Assembly: GCA_021813325.1 (NCBI GenBank)
Contig: JAKALA010000003.1
Location: 61,114-125,113, forward strand
Source: a bacterium
GTDB taxonomy: Bacteria; Verrucomicrobiota; Verrucomicrobiia; Limisphaerales; UBA11358
Reading direction: 5' to 3'
DNA: 64,000 nt
The notes beneath the pieces are model-generated. The model did no database searches. It had not been told where the DNA came from and was given only the letters and a program-made list of their open reading frames with translations. Position numbers and translations under genes: made by a program. This document shows, piece after piece, positions 43,880 through 55,004 of this stretch (within the stretch, counting starts at the first letter, position 1; each line of letters starts with the position of its first letter).

Positions 43880-45328
43880 ATGTTGCATCCCAGAATTATT
43901 CAAGGCGGCATGGGCGCCGGCGTTTCGAATTGGCGATTGGCCAAGGCGGTGGCGCTGGCCGGACAGCTCGGCGTGGTTTCCGGCACGGCCTTGGGTTCCA
44001 TCCTGGCGCGGCGCTTGCAGACCGGCGATCCCGGCGGCCACATGCGACAGGCGATGGAAGCCTTTCCCATTCCAGGCGTGGCGCAAAAGGTGTTGGCCGA
44101 CTATTTCATTCCCGGCGGCAAAAAGCCGGATGCACCCTTTAAATTGGCCCCTTTGCCCAGTTTGAATCCCCGCCCCGAATGCGTGGCCCTGACCGTGCTG
44201 GCCAATTTCGCGGAGGTTCACCTCGCCAAAGCAGGGCATCAAGGCCTGATCGGCATCAATTATCTTGAGAAGATCCAGCTTCCCACCCTGCCCTCGCTTT
44301 TTGGCGCCATGCTGGCCGGCGTGGATTATGTGCTGATGGGAGCCGGCATCCCGCGGGCGATTCCGGGGGTGTTGGACAAACTGGCCCAGGGCGAACAGGT
44401 CCAACTGAAAATGGATGTGGTGGATGCCGGGCCGGGCGAAGAATTTCATTCCGTTTTTGATCCGGCAATGTTTTGTGGCGGCACGGCGCCCAAGCTGAAA
44501 CGTCCGGCATTCATCGGCATCGTCGCTTCCGCCACGCTGGCCATGACGCTGGCCCGCAAATCCACCGGCCGCGTGGATGGTTTGGTGGTCGAAGGCGAAA
44601 CAGCCGGCGGACACAATGCCCCGCCCCGAGGGGCAGCGCAGCTCAATGAGGCGGGCGAACCCATTTATGGTCCGCGCGATGTGCCGGATCTGGCAAAAAT
44701 TCGCGAGTTGGGCCTGCCGTTCTGGCTGGCGGGTTCCTATGGCCAGCCGGGCAAATTGGACGAGGCCATGCGGCTGGGCGCGTCAGGCATTCAAGTCGGC
44801 ACGGCGTTTGCCTTTTGCGAGGAGTCCGGCATCAGCCCGGATCTCAAGCACCAGGTCATCCAACTCAGCCGCGCCCGGCAGGCCAAGGTTTTCACCGATC
44901 CTTTCGCTTCGCCGACGGGGTTTCCGTTCAAGGTGCTGCAATTGTCCGGCACCCAGTCGGATGCCGGCGCCGGCGAACAGCGGATGCGTCTGTGCGATCT
45001 TGGCTTTCTTCGGCACGCGTATCGCACCCCGGATGGCCGCCTCGGTTACCGGTGTCCGGCCGAACCGGTGGAAGATTATGTCCGCAAAGGCGGTTTGCTG
45101 GCCGAGGCCAAAGGGCGGCTGTGCGTCTGCAACGGGCTGGTGGCCACCATTGGCATGGCGCAACCGCGGGGTGGCGGAACTCATGAATTGCCGCTGATCA
45201 CCGCCGGGAATGATGTGGCCAATGTCGCCGATTTTCTGGCGCCCGGACGGGAAACCTATTCGGCGGCCGAGGTGGTGAGCCGGTTGCTGACAGCGAACCC
45301 TCAGACCTCCGATGCGCATCCTCATTGA
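43880..45328 (+). CDS. Nitronate monooxygenase / 2-nitropropane dioxygenase-like FMN oxidoreductase
   Basis: IIQGGMGAGVSNWRLAKAVALAGQLGVVSG, ...VVEGETAGGHN and ...GASGIQVGTAF form an NMO/IMPDH-like TIM-barrel pattern. Confidence 0.8.
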   Translation: MLHPRIIQGGMGAGVSNWRLAKAVALAGQLGVVSGTALGSILARRLQTGDPGGHMRQAMEAFPIPGVAQKVLADYFIPGGKKPDAPFKLAPLPSLNPRPECVALTVLANFAEVHLAKAGHQGLIGINYLEKIQLPTLPSLFGAMLAGVDYVLMGAGIPRAIPGVLDKLAQGEQVQLKMDVVDAGPGEEFHSVFDPAMFCGGTAPKLKRPAFIGIVASATLAMTLARKSTGRVDGLVVEGETAGGHNAPPRGAAQLNEAGEPIYGPRDVPDLAKIRELGLPFWLAGSYGQPGKLDEAMRLGASGIQVGTAFAFCEESGISPDLKHQVIQLSRARQAKVFTDPFASPTGFPFKVLQLSGTQSDAGAGEQRMRLCDLGFLRHAYRTPDGRLGYRCPAEPVEDYVRKGGLLAEAKGRLCVCNGLVATIGMAQPRGGGTHELPLITAGNDVANVADFLAPGRETYSAAEVVSRLLTANPQTSDAHPH

Positions 45329-45512
45329 AAATGGCCCGCCCCATGAACTGTTGACCGTCGCTGGCTCGTGGTCCAACGATCCGCTGGAAGGCAAGGTGTT
45401 TACGTCCATCATCGGCGCGTTGAAGGCGGCCAGCCATGCGGGCATCGAGCGCTTCAACCTCGTCTTCATCGGCGCGCAGGCGAAGCCCTTTTTGAAATTG
45501 AATTACCGTTGA
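45312..45512 (+). CDS. Possible small protein (66 aa) overlapping the NMO gene end by 17 nt
   Basis: MRILIENGPPHELLTVAGSW... has non-biased composition. The overlapping start suggests coupling. No homology was recognised. Confidence 0.35.
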   Translation: MRILIENGPPHELLTVAGSWSNDPLEGKVFTSIIGALKAASHAGIERFNLVFIGAQAKPFLKLNYR

Positions 45513-45551
45513 AAAACCGGGCCGGCGGATTAGTGAGGCCATCCCGCCGGC

Positions 45552-46526
45552 TTACAATCCCCGGACGCCGACCATCCGCTGGCTTTCCACACACCAGATT
45601 TTCAGCCGCAAACAACGGAGGACTTCCAGCGGATGCAGCGAGGTCGTCTTTACCGCGCGCAGCTCGGGAATGGCGCGGTAAACCTCGGGCAGCCGGTAAA
45701 ACGGGATGCGGTGGTTCAAGTGATGGATGTGGTGATAGCCGATGTTGCCGGTAAACCAGGCCATGAGAAAATTGGTTTTCAGGAAACTGGAGGATTCCAA
45801 GGCCGCCCCTTCATAGGTCCACCCGGCTTTGTCCTTGAAGACGACCCCGGGGAAATTGTGCTGCGCGTAGAACAGATAGGTGCCCATGGCGGAGGCGATA
45901 AACAGCGGCAGGATCAAGGCCAGAAGCATCGTCAGCCAGCCAAACAAGCCGGTGATCCCCGCGATCAGGCCGCCGTGCAGCAACAGGGCGAGCACGCAAT
46001 CCGGATGTTTGCGGGGCGAGCGGAGCGCCGGCAGAATGGTCATGCCCAGCAGAAACACGAAAAAGTAGCCAAACAGAATGGTCAGCGGATGGCGGGTAAA
46101 CAGATACCGAAACCGCTCCCTCCCCGTGGACTTGCAGAACTGCTCCTTGGTCATCACGGGATATGACCCGATGTGCGAGCCGAACAATTTGGAGTTGTGG
46201 GCGTGGTGATGATCATGGGAGCTGCGCCAAATGCTGCTCGGACACAACACCAGGATGCCGAAGCTTCTCATATAAACATCGGCCAGCCGCGACTTGGAGA
46301 GGATGGCCCGATGCTGCTGGTCGTGATAAATGACAAACAGCCGCACAATCAGCAACCCGGCCAAGCCGCTGCAACCCGCGCGCACGGGCATCGGCAGTTC
46401 AAAAAACGCCCCCGCCATCGCCGCCAGCAACAGGAACGAGGTGGACAGGATGCACCACCAGCTTCTGGCGGCGGCGTCACCGACAAAGGCTTTGGTGCGG
46501 GAATACAGGCTTTGCGTCTCCATCAT
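45552..46526 (-). CDS. Membrane fatty-acid desaturase family protein
   Basis: Three His boxes (HDQQH, HDHHHAH, HHIHHLN) and multiple TM helices. Confidence 0.88.
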   Translation of the reverse strand: MMETQSLYSRTKAFVGDAAARSWWCILSTSFLLLAAMAGAFFELPMPVRAGCSGLAGLLIVRLFVIYHDQQHRAILSKSRLADVYMRSFGILVLCPSSIWRSSHDHHHAHNSKLFGSHIGSYPVMTKEQFCKSTGRERFRYLFTRHPLTILFGYFFVFLLGMTILPALRSPRKHPDCVLALLLHGGLIAGITGLFGWLTMLLALILPLFIASAMGTYLFYAQHNFPGVVFKDKAGWTYEGAALESSSFLKTNFLMAWFTGNIGYHHIHHLNHRIPFYRLPEVYRAIPELRAVKTTSLHPLEVLRCLRLKIWCVESQRMVGVRGL

Positions 46527-46759
46527 GTCAGATATTTAATGCTCATTATAAATAATTCCCATGCCTAAAAGCACGTCAAAATCCGGTTTATTTTCGGCCT
46601 GGGAATGACGGAAAGGCGCGACGCGGTGCCGGCTCAATGGGATGCTGGGGGGCGGCGGCCGGGACGGCTGGGACTTCCAACATGCCGGGGCCGGCCAAAA
46701 GCTTCAACCGCATGGGCATCACGGTTTTCCGAAGTGGAAGCGCCCGTTCGCGAAACGCC

Positions 46760-47752
46760 TCACTTGTCCACCCGTTGCGGCGTGGAAGTGGGGCCGTCCG
46801 AAGTAATCTTCGTGCCGTTGAAAAAAATCCGCTCGATCCGGGGATAACGCGCTTTGAAGGCCGGATCCCAACCGTGGTAAACAATCCAATCTTTCCCCGC
46901 GCGATCCACGAACATGGCGTGATGCCCGGGGCCTTTCACTTGATCCGTGCTTTGAAGAATATTGTCGGGTTGTTCCACATAGGGACCAGTGACCGAATCC
47001 GCAACGGCATAACGCACATGATACGTGGCATCCATCCAGTTACCGCAACTGTAGGTGAGAAAATATTTGCCGTCGTGAATTTGCAGCCAGGGACCTTCCT
47101 GCCAGGTGTGATGCGTGATCAGCGGGATGGGTTTTCCAGCCGACTGCCGGGGCGTGAGCATCCGATCCATGTAAATTTGTCCGGCGGTCAAACCATCGGC
47201 GTTGCCGTGCTCAATCGTGTAGAGCAGGTAAAGCGCGCCGTCGCGGTCGATGAACGGATGGCCGTCAATGGAGGCGTGCCGGATCACAACCCCGACATTT
47301 TCATACGGACCTTCAATGTTTTTGGCCACCGCCAGCCCGACCCGGTTGCCGGCATTGGCGGGCGACAGTTCCGGCGAAGCCGTGTAGTAAAGATGATAAA
47401 GCCCGCCGATCTTCACGATTTCCGGCGCCCAAAAATGTTTAAAATTCCAATCGGTCCGACTGCCGTTGGTGACGGCGCCGCGCACAAATTCCCAATTGCT
47501 TAAATTCTTGGAGCGGTAGATCGGCAAAAATCGTCCGTCATCCGCCTTGCCGGTGGCGATCAGATAATAATAATCGCCATCAAGCACCATGCACGGATCG
47601 GCAAGATAGCGCGGGATGATGGGGTTGGTATACATCAACCCCGCCGCCGCGTTGTTTCCGGCCCCCGCCACATCGGCGACGGCACCGCTCGTGGCGGCCA
47701 AACAAGTCGCCGCCAAGGCGAGCAAACAATTCAGGTGAAAATAAACTTTCAT
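46760..47752 (-). CDS. Glycoside hydrolase family 43 protein
   Basis: Signal peptide MKVYFHLNCLLALAATCLA, YTNPIIPRYLADPCMV and WAPEIVKIGGLYHLYYT. The ORF is open to 47791, but ATG 47752 is preferred. Confidence 0.85.
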   Translation of the reverse strand: MKVYFHLNCLLALAATCLAATSGAVADVAGAGNNAAAGLMYTNPIIPRYLADPCMVLDGDYYYLIATGKADDGRFLPIYRSKNLSNWEFVRGAVTNGSRTDWNFKHFWAPEIVKIGGLYHLYYTASPELSPANAGNRVGLAVAKNIEGPYENVGVVIRHASIDGHPFIDRDGALYLLYTIEHGNADGLTAGQIYMDRMLTPRQSAGKPIPLITHHTWQEGPWLQIHDGKYFLTYSCGNWMDATYHVRYAVADSVTGPYVEQPDNILQSTDQVKGPGHHAMFVDRAGKDWIVYHGWDPAFKARYPRIERIFFNGTKITSDGPTSTPQRVDK

Positions 47753-47840
47753 GGTGCTGGGCCGGCAGATTCGAATAATCCTGCCGGGCAAGCAAGCAAA
47801 TCAGAATACAGTTTTCATCGCCGCAAAGGCGCTGCGGGGA

Positions 47841-50810
47841 TCAGTGAGCCGCCGGGGTGGAGCCGGTTCGCAAACTTGAGGGCGTAATGTTCCAGCCGGA
47901 AAAATCCACTTGCGGCGTGACCTGCGCGGGCAGGCCGTCAATGTGAATGACCCGGGATTCGCCTGGCAGGAGTGAAATGTAATTGTCCTCGTAATAAACC
48001 GGCAACACGCGCCGTCCCGTTTTCGCATCGCGCAATGTCAGGCGGATGGCCAGCGCGGGAATCGCCAATGAATTGGAAACGGTCACGGCCACGGTGCCCG
48101 TGGGCACCATTTGCAAATCGCCTTTTAATTCCACCGATTTCAAATCGCCGAGCGCCTGCAACTGATTGGGCTGCGGCGCTTCCCAGTAAAAATTTTCGGA
48201 CAGCAAATCGCCGTTGGCCCGCGTCAATTCCAACTTGACCAGCGAAACGCCGTTTGTTGGCAGCGTAAGCTTGTCGATCACGGCGCAGGCATCGGTCGGC
48301 ACGTTCGTTTGGGTGATTTGCTGGAAAAGCTCCTTGCCTTGCAAGTCAAACACCCGGGCGCGGGCGGTGATGGACGACAGCTCCGTCGCATGGTGGTTGA
48401 CCACGCTGATTTCATCGGTTACCGGATTGAGCTGAATGTGGATCGGTTCGGCGGCCTTCTTGGCGCCGAAGTAAGAGCCATTGGGATCGTAATCCCAGCT
48501 GTAAAATTGCCACACCACGCTGGGCCACGAAGGATGACTCATCCACACGAGCACACCGCTGCAATCGCGCCAGAGCCGGCTGTTGAAGCCTTCATAGATG
48601 GCCCGGTAGGTTTCGTAATTCACCATCTGCGCCTTGCGGCACAAGTCGTCCAGATTTTGCACTTCACCATAACGCTCGGTGAGTTGCTTCATCAGCGCGT
48701 CGCGGCTGCCCGCGCCTTTGCTGTGGAAATCGTGGTAGGCCCAGACATCGCCCGGCGGCCATAAATCTTCCGGCGCCATCATGGTGCGCATGACTTCGGC
48801 GGAGGGAATGGAGCTGGCTCCGAGCTCGGTGCTGAAGCCGTGATTGAGTTCAGTGAAATATTTATCCAGCGATTCGTTGGACCACGGCCCGCTGGAACGC
48901 AGGTTCACCAGGCGCGAATTGGGCTGATAATACCGCGTGCCGTCCAGTTCCTGAATCAGCCGTTGATCGCCTTCATTGATGTCCTCGGGCGGGATGCCTT
49001 CGTTCTGCGCGCACCACAAAGCGATGCAGGGATGGTTGCGATAGCGCTTCACAGTATCCGCCACATTTTGGAGGAATAACTGGTGATCCGCCGGCATGTA
49101 ATTCCAGGTCTCGGTGCCGATCCAGAAATCGTTCCAAACCAGAAGCCCGTATTCGTCGCACAAGTCGTAAAAAGCTTCGGACGTGCTCTGGCCGCTCCAG
49201 TTGCGGATCATGGTAAGATGCGCATCGCGATGCAGGCGAACGTAAGGTTCCAGGCGCTCGCGCGAAATGCGTTTGAGCGCGTCATCCATGCCCCAATTTC
49301 CGCCGAGGCACTCAATCCGCTGGCCGTTCACTTTGATGATCAGAAACGGTCCCATGGCCGGATCGTTCACCACTTTGAGGGCCGGGGATTTTTCCTGGCC
49401 CGGATTCACCGCCACCGTGATGACGTTGTAATGATGCGGATCCCAGCCAATGTCCTTGCGGTTGACATTGATGACCGGGTTCGGGTCCGCCGCTGCCAGC
49501 GTGGGGCGAAACTCGACGCGCTTGGTGGAGGCGTCGGGCATTTTTACCGCCAATTCGTAACTCAATTCGCGGATGCCAAATGGCGTTGAAGCGGTGTCGA
49601 AAATTTTTTTCTGTTCATCGAGAAATGCGAGTCGCAAATGGTAAAGTTCCGGTTTGCCATAGCCGTTGGGCCACCAGAGGCGGGGCTGATGCACCACCAG
49701 TTGCGGAAATTGTTCCGGAGTGAAGCGAACGGTTTTTGTTTCGCCCGCCTGTAATTCCACGGGTTGTTCAAGCTGCACGCCTTCGAAGCTGGCTTGGAGC
49801 ACACCGTTTTGAGGCGTATCGGTGAGATTGCGGGCGGAGACGGCGATGGAGACATCCGCCTTGGAAGTGTCGGGCAAGGGCAATTTGGTCATCACCTGCG
49901 GATCGGCCAGCGTGACCGGTCCGCTCGCGTGGAGCACGACATCCTGCCACAAGCCGGTGCAGCGATCGCGTATGGCCGGAATCCAATCCCAGCCTTCCGT
50001 GCAAATGAACGTGGGACCGTCCAGACACAGCGTGCCGCCGTTGTCGCCGGGACCGAACTTCACCGATTGTTCCGTGGGCCGGCCGGGATCGGGCGGAGGC
50101 GCCATGAGCACGGCCAGCACGTTCGTTGCGGAAGGTTTCAACCAGGGCGTGGCATCGAATTCGCCGCGAATGAAAGCGCCGGTGATGTGGCCCAGATAGT
50201 GGCCGTTGAGCCAGACCTCGGCGTAATAATTAATGCCTTTAAATTCCAGCCGGACCTGGCGACCAGACCATTGGGCCGGCAGAGTGAATTCGGTGCGATA
50301 CCAATAATCCTGCCGGCAGAGGCTCTCGGGAATTTTGAGATTGTTCAGTCCAAAATATGGATCAGGATAAACGCCCTGATCCACAAGTGTGCCCAACACG
50401 GTGCCGGGAACCGTGGCGTCATACCAGCCTTTGGCATTCACGCCTGGTTGCGACAGTGTCTGACCATCAAGCGAGATTTTCGGGGCTTCGATCAATTTCC
50501 AGCCGGCGTTGAGCACCAAGTCACTGCCGTGCCACGTGGGTTTGTCCTTGGCCGGCTGGGGCGGACGGTTTGCGGTTTCCGTGGCGGACGCGCGGGAGAC
50601 GGGAAATTCATCCGCCGGTTGCACGGCTACCCCCCGGGCGCCGACTTTTTCCGTCGGATGCAACACCGGCTGGGGCCGCGCCTCACCGGGCACTTCGGCC
50701 TGCCCGTTGAGTGCGGGAAACGTGGCGACGGCGGCAAACAGCCAACAAAGCAATCCGCTTTTAAAGCGTTTGCTCCAGCGAGGGAAATCTGAAAATAGCG
50801 GCATATTCAA
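47841..50810 (-). CDS. Glycoside hydrolase family 2 protein (beta-mannosidase / exo-glucosaminidase-like)
   Basis: GH2 sugar-binding N-domain (YAEVWLNGHYLGH) and a TIM barrel with WCAQNEG (acid/base NE context). Length 989 aa. Confidence 0.85.
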   Translation of the reverse strand: MNMPLFSDFPRWSKRFKSGLLCWLFAAVATFPALNGQAEVPGEARPQPVLHPTEKVGARGVAVQPADEFPVSRASATETANRPPQPAKDKPTWHGSDLVLNAGWKLIEAPKISLDGQTLSQPGVNAKGWYDATVPGTVLGTLVDQGVYPDPYFGLNNLKIPESLCRQDYWYRTEFTLPAQWSGRQVRLEFKGINYYAEVWLNGHYLGHITGAFIRGEFDATPWLKPSATNVLAVLMAPPPDPGRPTEQSVKFGPGDNGGTLCLDGPTFICTEGWDWIPAIRDRCTGLWQDVVLHASGPVTLADPQVMTKLPLPDTSKADVSIAVSARNLTDTPQNGVLQASFEGVQLEQPVELQAGETKTVRFTPEQFPQLVVHQPRLWWPNGYGKPELYHLRLAFLDEQKKIFDTASTPFGIRELSYELAVKMPDASTKRVEFRPTLAAADPNPVINVNRKDIGWDPHHYNVITVAVNPGQEKSPALKVVNDPAMGPFLIIKVNGQRIECLGGNWGMDDALKRISRERLEPYVRLHRDAHLTMIRNWSGQSTSEAFYDLCDEYGLLVWNDFWIGTETWNYMPADHQLFLQNVADTVKRYRNHPCIALWCAQNEGIPPEDINEGDQRLIQELDGTRYYQPNSRLVNLRSSGPWSNESLDKYFTELNHGFSTELGASSIPSAEVMRTMMAPEDLWPPGDVWAYHDFHSKGAGSRDALMKQLTERYGEVQNLDDLCRKAQMVNYETYRAIYEGFNSRLWRDCSGVLVWMSHPSWPSVVWQFYSWDYDPNGSYFGAKKAAEPIHIQLNPVTDEISVVNHHATELSSITARARVFDLQGKELFQQITQTNVPTDACAVIDKLTLPTNGVSLVKLELTRANGDLLSENFYWEAPQPNQLQALGDLKSVELKGDLQMVPTGTVAVTVSNSLAIPALAIRLTLRDAKTGRRVLPVYYEDNYISLLPGESRVIHIDGLPAQVTPQVDFSGWNITPSSLRTGSTPAAH

Positions 50811-50931
50811 TTCAACGTGACGGTAAACTGGGCTGGATCATTTTCGCCAAAATCGCCGGCTACCGCCATCCCCCAAAAGGCGTAATCTCAAAAATTATGG
50901 CCTTCGGCTGGAGGGTCCGGTTTAGGCTTTA

Positions 50932-51573
50932 TCACGCGGGCGAACCGCTCTTCAAATATTTGGAAACCGCCTCCGTGCGGGATTTGACGCGGAGCTTCTC
51001 GTAAACATGCCCCAGATGTGAGCGCACCGTTTCAAAGCTGATTCCCAGCCGGGCCGCGATGTCGCGGTTGGTCAACCCCTCGGAAAGCAGGGCGAGAATT
51101 TCACTTTCGCGATGCGACAGGCCGTGTTCCTCGCGCACGTTGCCAGCGGTGGCGGAAGTGCGGAACGATTGCACCACAAGCCGGGCGATTTCACTGCTCA
51201 TCGGCGCGCCGCCGGAACACACCTCCGTGATGGCGTCCAAAATCTGTTGCGGCCTGGCGCGTTTGAGCAAATATCCCTTGGCGCCCGCTTTCAACGCTTT
51301 GAAAATTTCTTCCGGGTCTTTGTAAACCGTGAGGATGAGCACATGCAAATCCGGCAGTTTTTCCAGCAACCGCTCGGTGGCGGTGACGCCGGATTCACCC
51401 GCCAGATGAAGATCCATCAACACCACTTCCGGCCGCAGCCGCGGAATGACCGTCATGGATTCCTTGGCGGTGGCGCAGGCGCACACACAACGCAAGCCGG
51501 GCGCCGCTTCGATCATTTCCTGCAACGATTGGCGCACGGTGGCGTTGTCTTCAACCAGTCCTACGGTGATCAT
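50932..51573 (-). CDS. NarL/LuxR-family response regulator
   Basis: MITVGLVEDN...VVLMDLHLAGESG plus a LuxR HTH (LSHRESEILALLSEGLTNRDIAARLGISFETVRSHLGHVYEKL). The ATG overlaps the kinase stop (ATGA at 51570-51573). Confidence 0.93.
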   Translation of the reverse strand: MITVGLVEDNATVRQSLQEMIEAAPGLRCVCACATAKESMTVIPRLRPEVVLMDLHLAGESGVTATERLLEKLPDLHVLILTVYKDPEEIFKALKAGAKGYLLKRARPQQILDAITEVCSGGAPMSSEIARLVVQSFRTSATAGNVREEHGLSHRESEILALLSEGLTNRDIAARLGISFETVRSHLGHVYEKLRVKSRTEAVSKYLKSGSPA

Positions 51574-54500
51574 AAGCACATGTTTGCGGATTTGCCTGCG
51601 CCGGGCAACGGCAGCGACAAACAGATTTTTGTGCCCAGGCCCGGGCCGGAGTCGATTGCGCAATGCCCGCCGATGCTTTCCAGACGGCTCTGCAAATTGA
51701 CAAGTCCGTTGCGGTCGTTTGGACGGCTCAAATCAAAGCCCTGGCCGTCATCCTCCACGGAAATTTGCAGTGTCTGATCGGTGACGAGCAAGCCGAGTTC
51801 CACGCGGGTGGCTTTGGCGTGGCGCACCACATTGGTAAGCGCTTCCTTGGTGGCGAGAAACAGGTTGTGTCGCAACTCGGTGTTCAATGGAATTGTGGGA
51901 ATGTCCGGTTGAAACGCCTGACGACAGGCAATGCCCGCTTCGCCAAGAAATTCCTGGGCAAAGCTGCCGAGGTAAGCCGCGAAATGTGGCAGCAAATCTT
52001 TTCGCGGGTTCACCAGCCAGACAATCGTGTCCAATGCCCGGACCATGTCACGCGATTTTTGGGCGATCACATTGAATCGCTCCTTCGATCTCTCGGGCGC
52101 CAGCGTGGCTCCGGCTCCGGCATCGGCCACCATGGAAATTTCCGTGACACTGGAGCCGAGTTCATCATGCAAATCGCGGGCGATGCGGGAACGCTCGCTT
52201 TCAATGGCGTTTTTAAATTCCGACGCCTGCCGGGCCTGAATTTCAATTCTGAGTTGTTCCGTGCGTTCATCCACTTGGCGATGGAGCACGGCGATCCACA
52301 AAAGCGACAGCGCGAGTATGCCTGTCAGCACCAGCACGAGCATGAGCACCCGTTTCAACGTCCACCACGGCGGGAAGGTGATCACCTGGATGTCAGCGGG
52401 GGAGTTCAGGAGCAGTTCAAATCCATCGACGTTTCGGCCATTAAGGATGCTTCCACCCTGGCCGGCCATTACGCCGGTTAACTCCAGATGACTGCCGATT
52501 GGAATGGCGAGTTGACCGGCGAATTTGCGGTCGCAATGCGCCCGGAAAAATCGTGATCCGGTCTGCAAGGTGAGAATCGCGTCGGATTCCAGGCTCAAGT
52601 TCGCCAGCTTCCCGGACAGCCGAACCAGAGTGGAATCAAATTCGGGCGGGACGATGGTTTGGGTGTCCAGAGCGCGGGGCTTGGGCAATGGCGCGTGGCC
52701 GGTTGTGCGGAGGAGCGCGTCATGCAACACGGGAGAAATGCCGCCCAGATCGGGATAGCCCACCACTTCAACCAGGTCGCCCAGACTGACCGGCTGGTTG
52801 GTGCGCAGGCTGAAGCGCAAGCCGTTGGTTCCGTCCATGAGAAAATATTGGCCGTTCCCGACATGCACGATCTGGCCCGCAATTTTGACCGGTTGAAAAG
52901 CGCGGGCATTCGCGTCATACAGCAGCAACTGCCGGACCCGCTTGGCCTGCACCGAAAAAGGATCTTCCGGAGCGGGATGGTCCAGGCTGATGGACGCGTT
53001 GTGGATTTGCACTTCGGAGACTTCGAAAAAATGCGTCACCTCATCCTTGACCGCCCAGAGACAGCCGCGAATACGGATGACAGCGCCCTGATAGCGGGAC
53101 AGGTAGCTTTCATCCGCATCCGGCAAATTGACTTTGATTCGGCCGTTGTGGGTGAGCAGCACGATGGTTTTTTGCTGGATGGAAATGACCGCACCTTCGA
53201 TTTCCACATACTCTGTGTCGAGGGTGCCATTCTTGAGTTGATCGCCGCTGGCATGGATGGGTTCAGGCATGATCCCCAATCCGAGACGCTCGGCTCCATG
53301 GCACAAAACCATCGGCGAAAAACGCGCGGTGGTTTGGCCGGTGACCTTCCACAATTCGCCCACGCGCTTCTGATGCGAATATTCGGTCGGCATGGTGTCC
53401 ACGAAAACGCTGCCGCTGGCGTCTTGAATCACCACGGCATTCTGTTCGCTCCAAGTAACCACGCCAGTGATGTTGACCGGATAACCGCGAACGGCGTCCT
53501 CGCGACTGAGCCGTTTGATCTGGGCCACCGCAGTCAACACCGGCAGGCCATTGGTTTCGCCCGCAGCCGTCGCAGACAGACGCCAGACGCCGCACTGGAG
53601 CAACGGCGCGTCTCCGTTGCGACTGGCCACCGCCAATACATCGAGGTTTGTTTCCAATGGCGGCGGCGTTGTTTGACCAAAGCGAATCCACGTCGCGCCC
53701 GTGGCATCTTCGAGCCGGGCCAATCCCTTGGCATGGAGTGCCGTGATTTTTCCGGAAACATGCACCAGACCTCCGCCCGCGTGGTTGGTGATGGCGGCAC
53801 TGGCAACGGGCGTCGCCGCCATTGACTTCCACACTTCCGGCGAAATTTCCAGCACCTCGATGCCATCATTACCCGGCACCGAAAGCCGTCCCGGCACCAG
53901 TTTGTTGTCCAAGGTGTCGGCGCCTTGGCAAACGCCCGTCAGACGAACTCGGGCATCATTCAAAAGCGACGCGGGCAGTTCCAGTCCGCCCCAGACCTCG
54001 GCTTCAATGTTTCCCGTGCCGGAATGAATCTGAAGCAGCGGCCGGCCGGATTGGCCACGTCCGCAAAAAGTAACCGTGCCCTCAATTTGCGCCCAAATGG
54101 ATGAATCCGTTGCCGGCAAAATCTGTCCCAAGGTCAGCGTGCGGGGCGGGGGGGCGGCGGACCCATCCTCGATTTCAAAATGGTCCGGTTGCACCAACAA
54201 ATCGCCGGCATTGATGGGGTCCAGGTAGAAACTGTTGGAGCCGTCGCGAGGAATCTTGATGAAGCCGGTGAATTCCATGGCGAAGTTACGAAGGCGGGTT
54301 CTCAAGTTGAGATCGAAATTGGCAGTCAGCCCGGATTTGGCCGGTTTAAGCAGCGTCAAGTCCGGCAACGTCTCTCCGGTGGTTTCAAAAACCCGATAAT
54401 TGATTCCCGGCAGCCAGTTGGTGCGATGGGTGGCGGCGTCCGCTTCCGCATGAAACAAAGCTGAAGCCGGCAATCGCTGGCGAACCGCGCCGGATGGCGC

Positions 54501-55004
54501 GTAGTAAATCCCAAGATCTGTCAGATTGTTCGGATTAAAACAAGTGACCGTGAAGGGATAATAACCGGCGGTCAGGTTCAGCGTGACGGTTTTTCCGTTC
54601 ATGCCGCAGGCTGGTCCCACGCAAAGCTGCTCTCCGCCAAGGGACAGGGTGGCAACGTATTTGTCGGCGATAAATTTTCCGGTCAGGCGGACCTGCTGGC
54701 CGGGTTTGGCATTCTCCGGGAAAGGCTCACATTCCAGCAGGGCCGCTGCGGAGGCATCTTGCAGCACGATCAATTTTGTGCCGGCATTGGCGTAACCGAT
54801 GGTGCCGCGCAATTTCAGCGGCCGGTCGTTGGTTTGCCCCTCCCGGGCGAGTTGCTGCAATTGGAGCAGATTCAACTCATCATTGGCCGCGTTGGCCCGG
54901 CCCTTTACGGTCATCACCAGCATCAAAAATCCCATGGCCAACAAAAACGCTGCCGGCAACCGGGACCGGTGGTTTGACGACAGGATGGGCATGGCCAAAA
55001 ACAT
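51570..55004 (-). CDS. Sensor histidine kinase (HisKA_3 + HATPase) with a ~850-aa extracytoplasmic region, possibly including a PA14-like domain
   Basis: H-box RIARDLHDELG and N/G boxes EALTNVVRHAKA and DDGQGF. One TM helix precedes the transmitter. GYYPFTVTCFNPNN...GIYYAPSG suggests PA14, tentatively. Confidence 0.88.
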   Translation of the reverse strand: MFLAMPILSSNHRSRLPAAFLLAMGFLMLVMTVKGRANAANDELNLLQLQQLAREGQTNDRPLKLRGTIGYANAGTKLIVLQDASAAALLECEPFPENAKPGQQVRLTGKFIADKYVATLSLGGEQLCVGPACGMNGKTVTLNLTAGYYPFTVTCFNPNNLTDLGIYYAPSGAVRQRLPASALFHAEADAATHRTNWLPGINYRVFETTGETLPDLTLLKPAKSGLTANFDLNLRTRLRNFAMEFTGFIKIPRDGSNSFYLDPINAGDLLVQPDHFEIEDGSAAPPPRTLTLGQILPATDSSIWAQIEGTVTFCGRGQSGRPLLQIHSGTGNIEAEVWGGLELPASLLNDARVRLTGVCQGADTLDNKLVPGRLSVPGNDGIEVLEISPEVWKSMAATPVASAAITNHAGGGLVHVSGKITALHAKGLARLEDATGATWIRFGQTTPPPLETNLDVLAVASRNGDAPLLQCGVWRLSATAAGETNGLPVLTAVAQIKRLSREDAVRGYPVNITGVVTWSEQNAVVIQDASGSVFVDTMPTEYSHQKRVGELWKVTGQTTARFSPMVLCHGAERLGLGIMPEPIHASGDQLKNGTLDTEYVEIEGAVISIQQKTIVLLTHNGRIKVNLPDADESYLSRYQGAVIRIRGCLWAVKDEVTHFFEVSEVQIHNASISLDHPAPEDPFSVQAKRVRQLLLYDANARAFQPVKIAGQIVHVGNGQYFLMDGTNGLRFSLRTNQPVSLGDLVEVVGYPDLGGISPVLHDALLRTTGHAPLPKPRALDTQTIVPPEFDSTLVRLSGKLANLSLESDAILTLQTGSRFFRAHCDRKFAGQLAIPIGSHLELTGVMAGQGGSILNGRNVDGFELLLNSPADIQVITFPPWWTLKRVLMLVLVLTGILALSLLWIAVLHRQVDERTEQLRIEIQARQASEFKNAIESERSRIARDLHDELGSSVTEISMVADAGAGATLAPERSKERFNVIAQKSRDMVRALDTIVWLVNPRKDLLPHFAAYLGSFAQEFLGEAGIACRQAFQPDIPTIPLNTELRHNLFLATKEALTNVVRHAKATRVELGLLVTDQTLQISVEDDGQGFDLSRPNDRNGLVNLQSRLESIGGHCAIDSGPGLGTKICLSLPLPGAGKSANMCL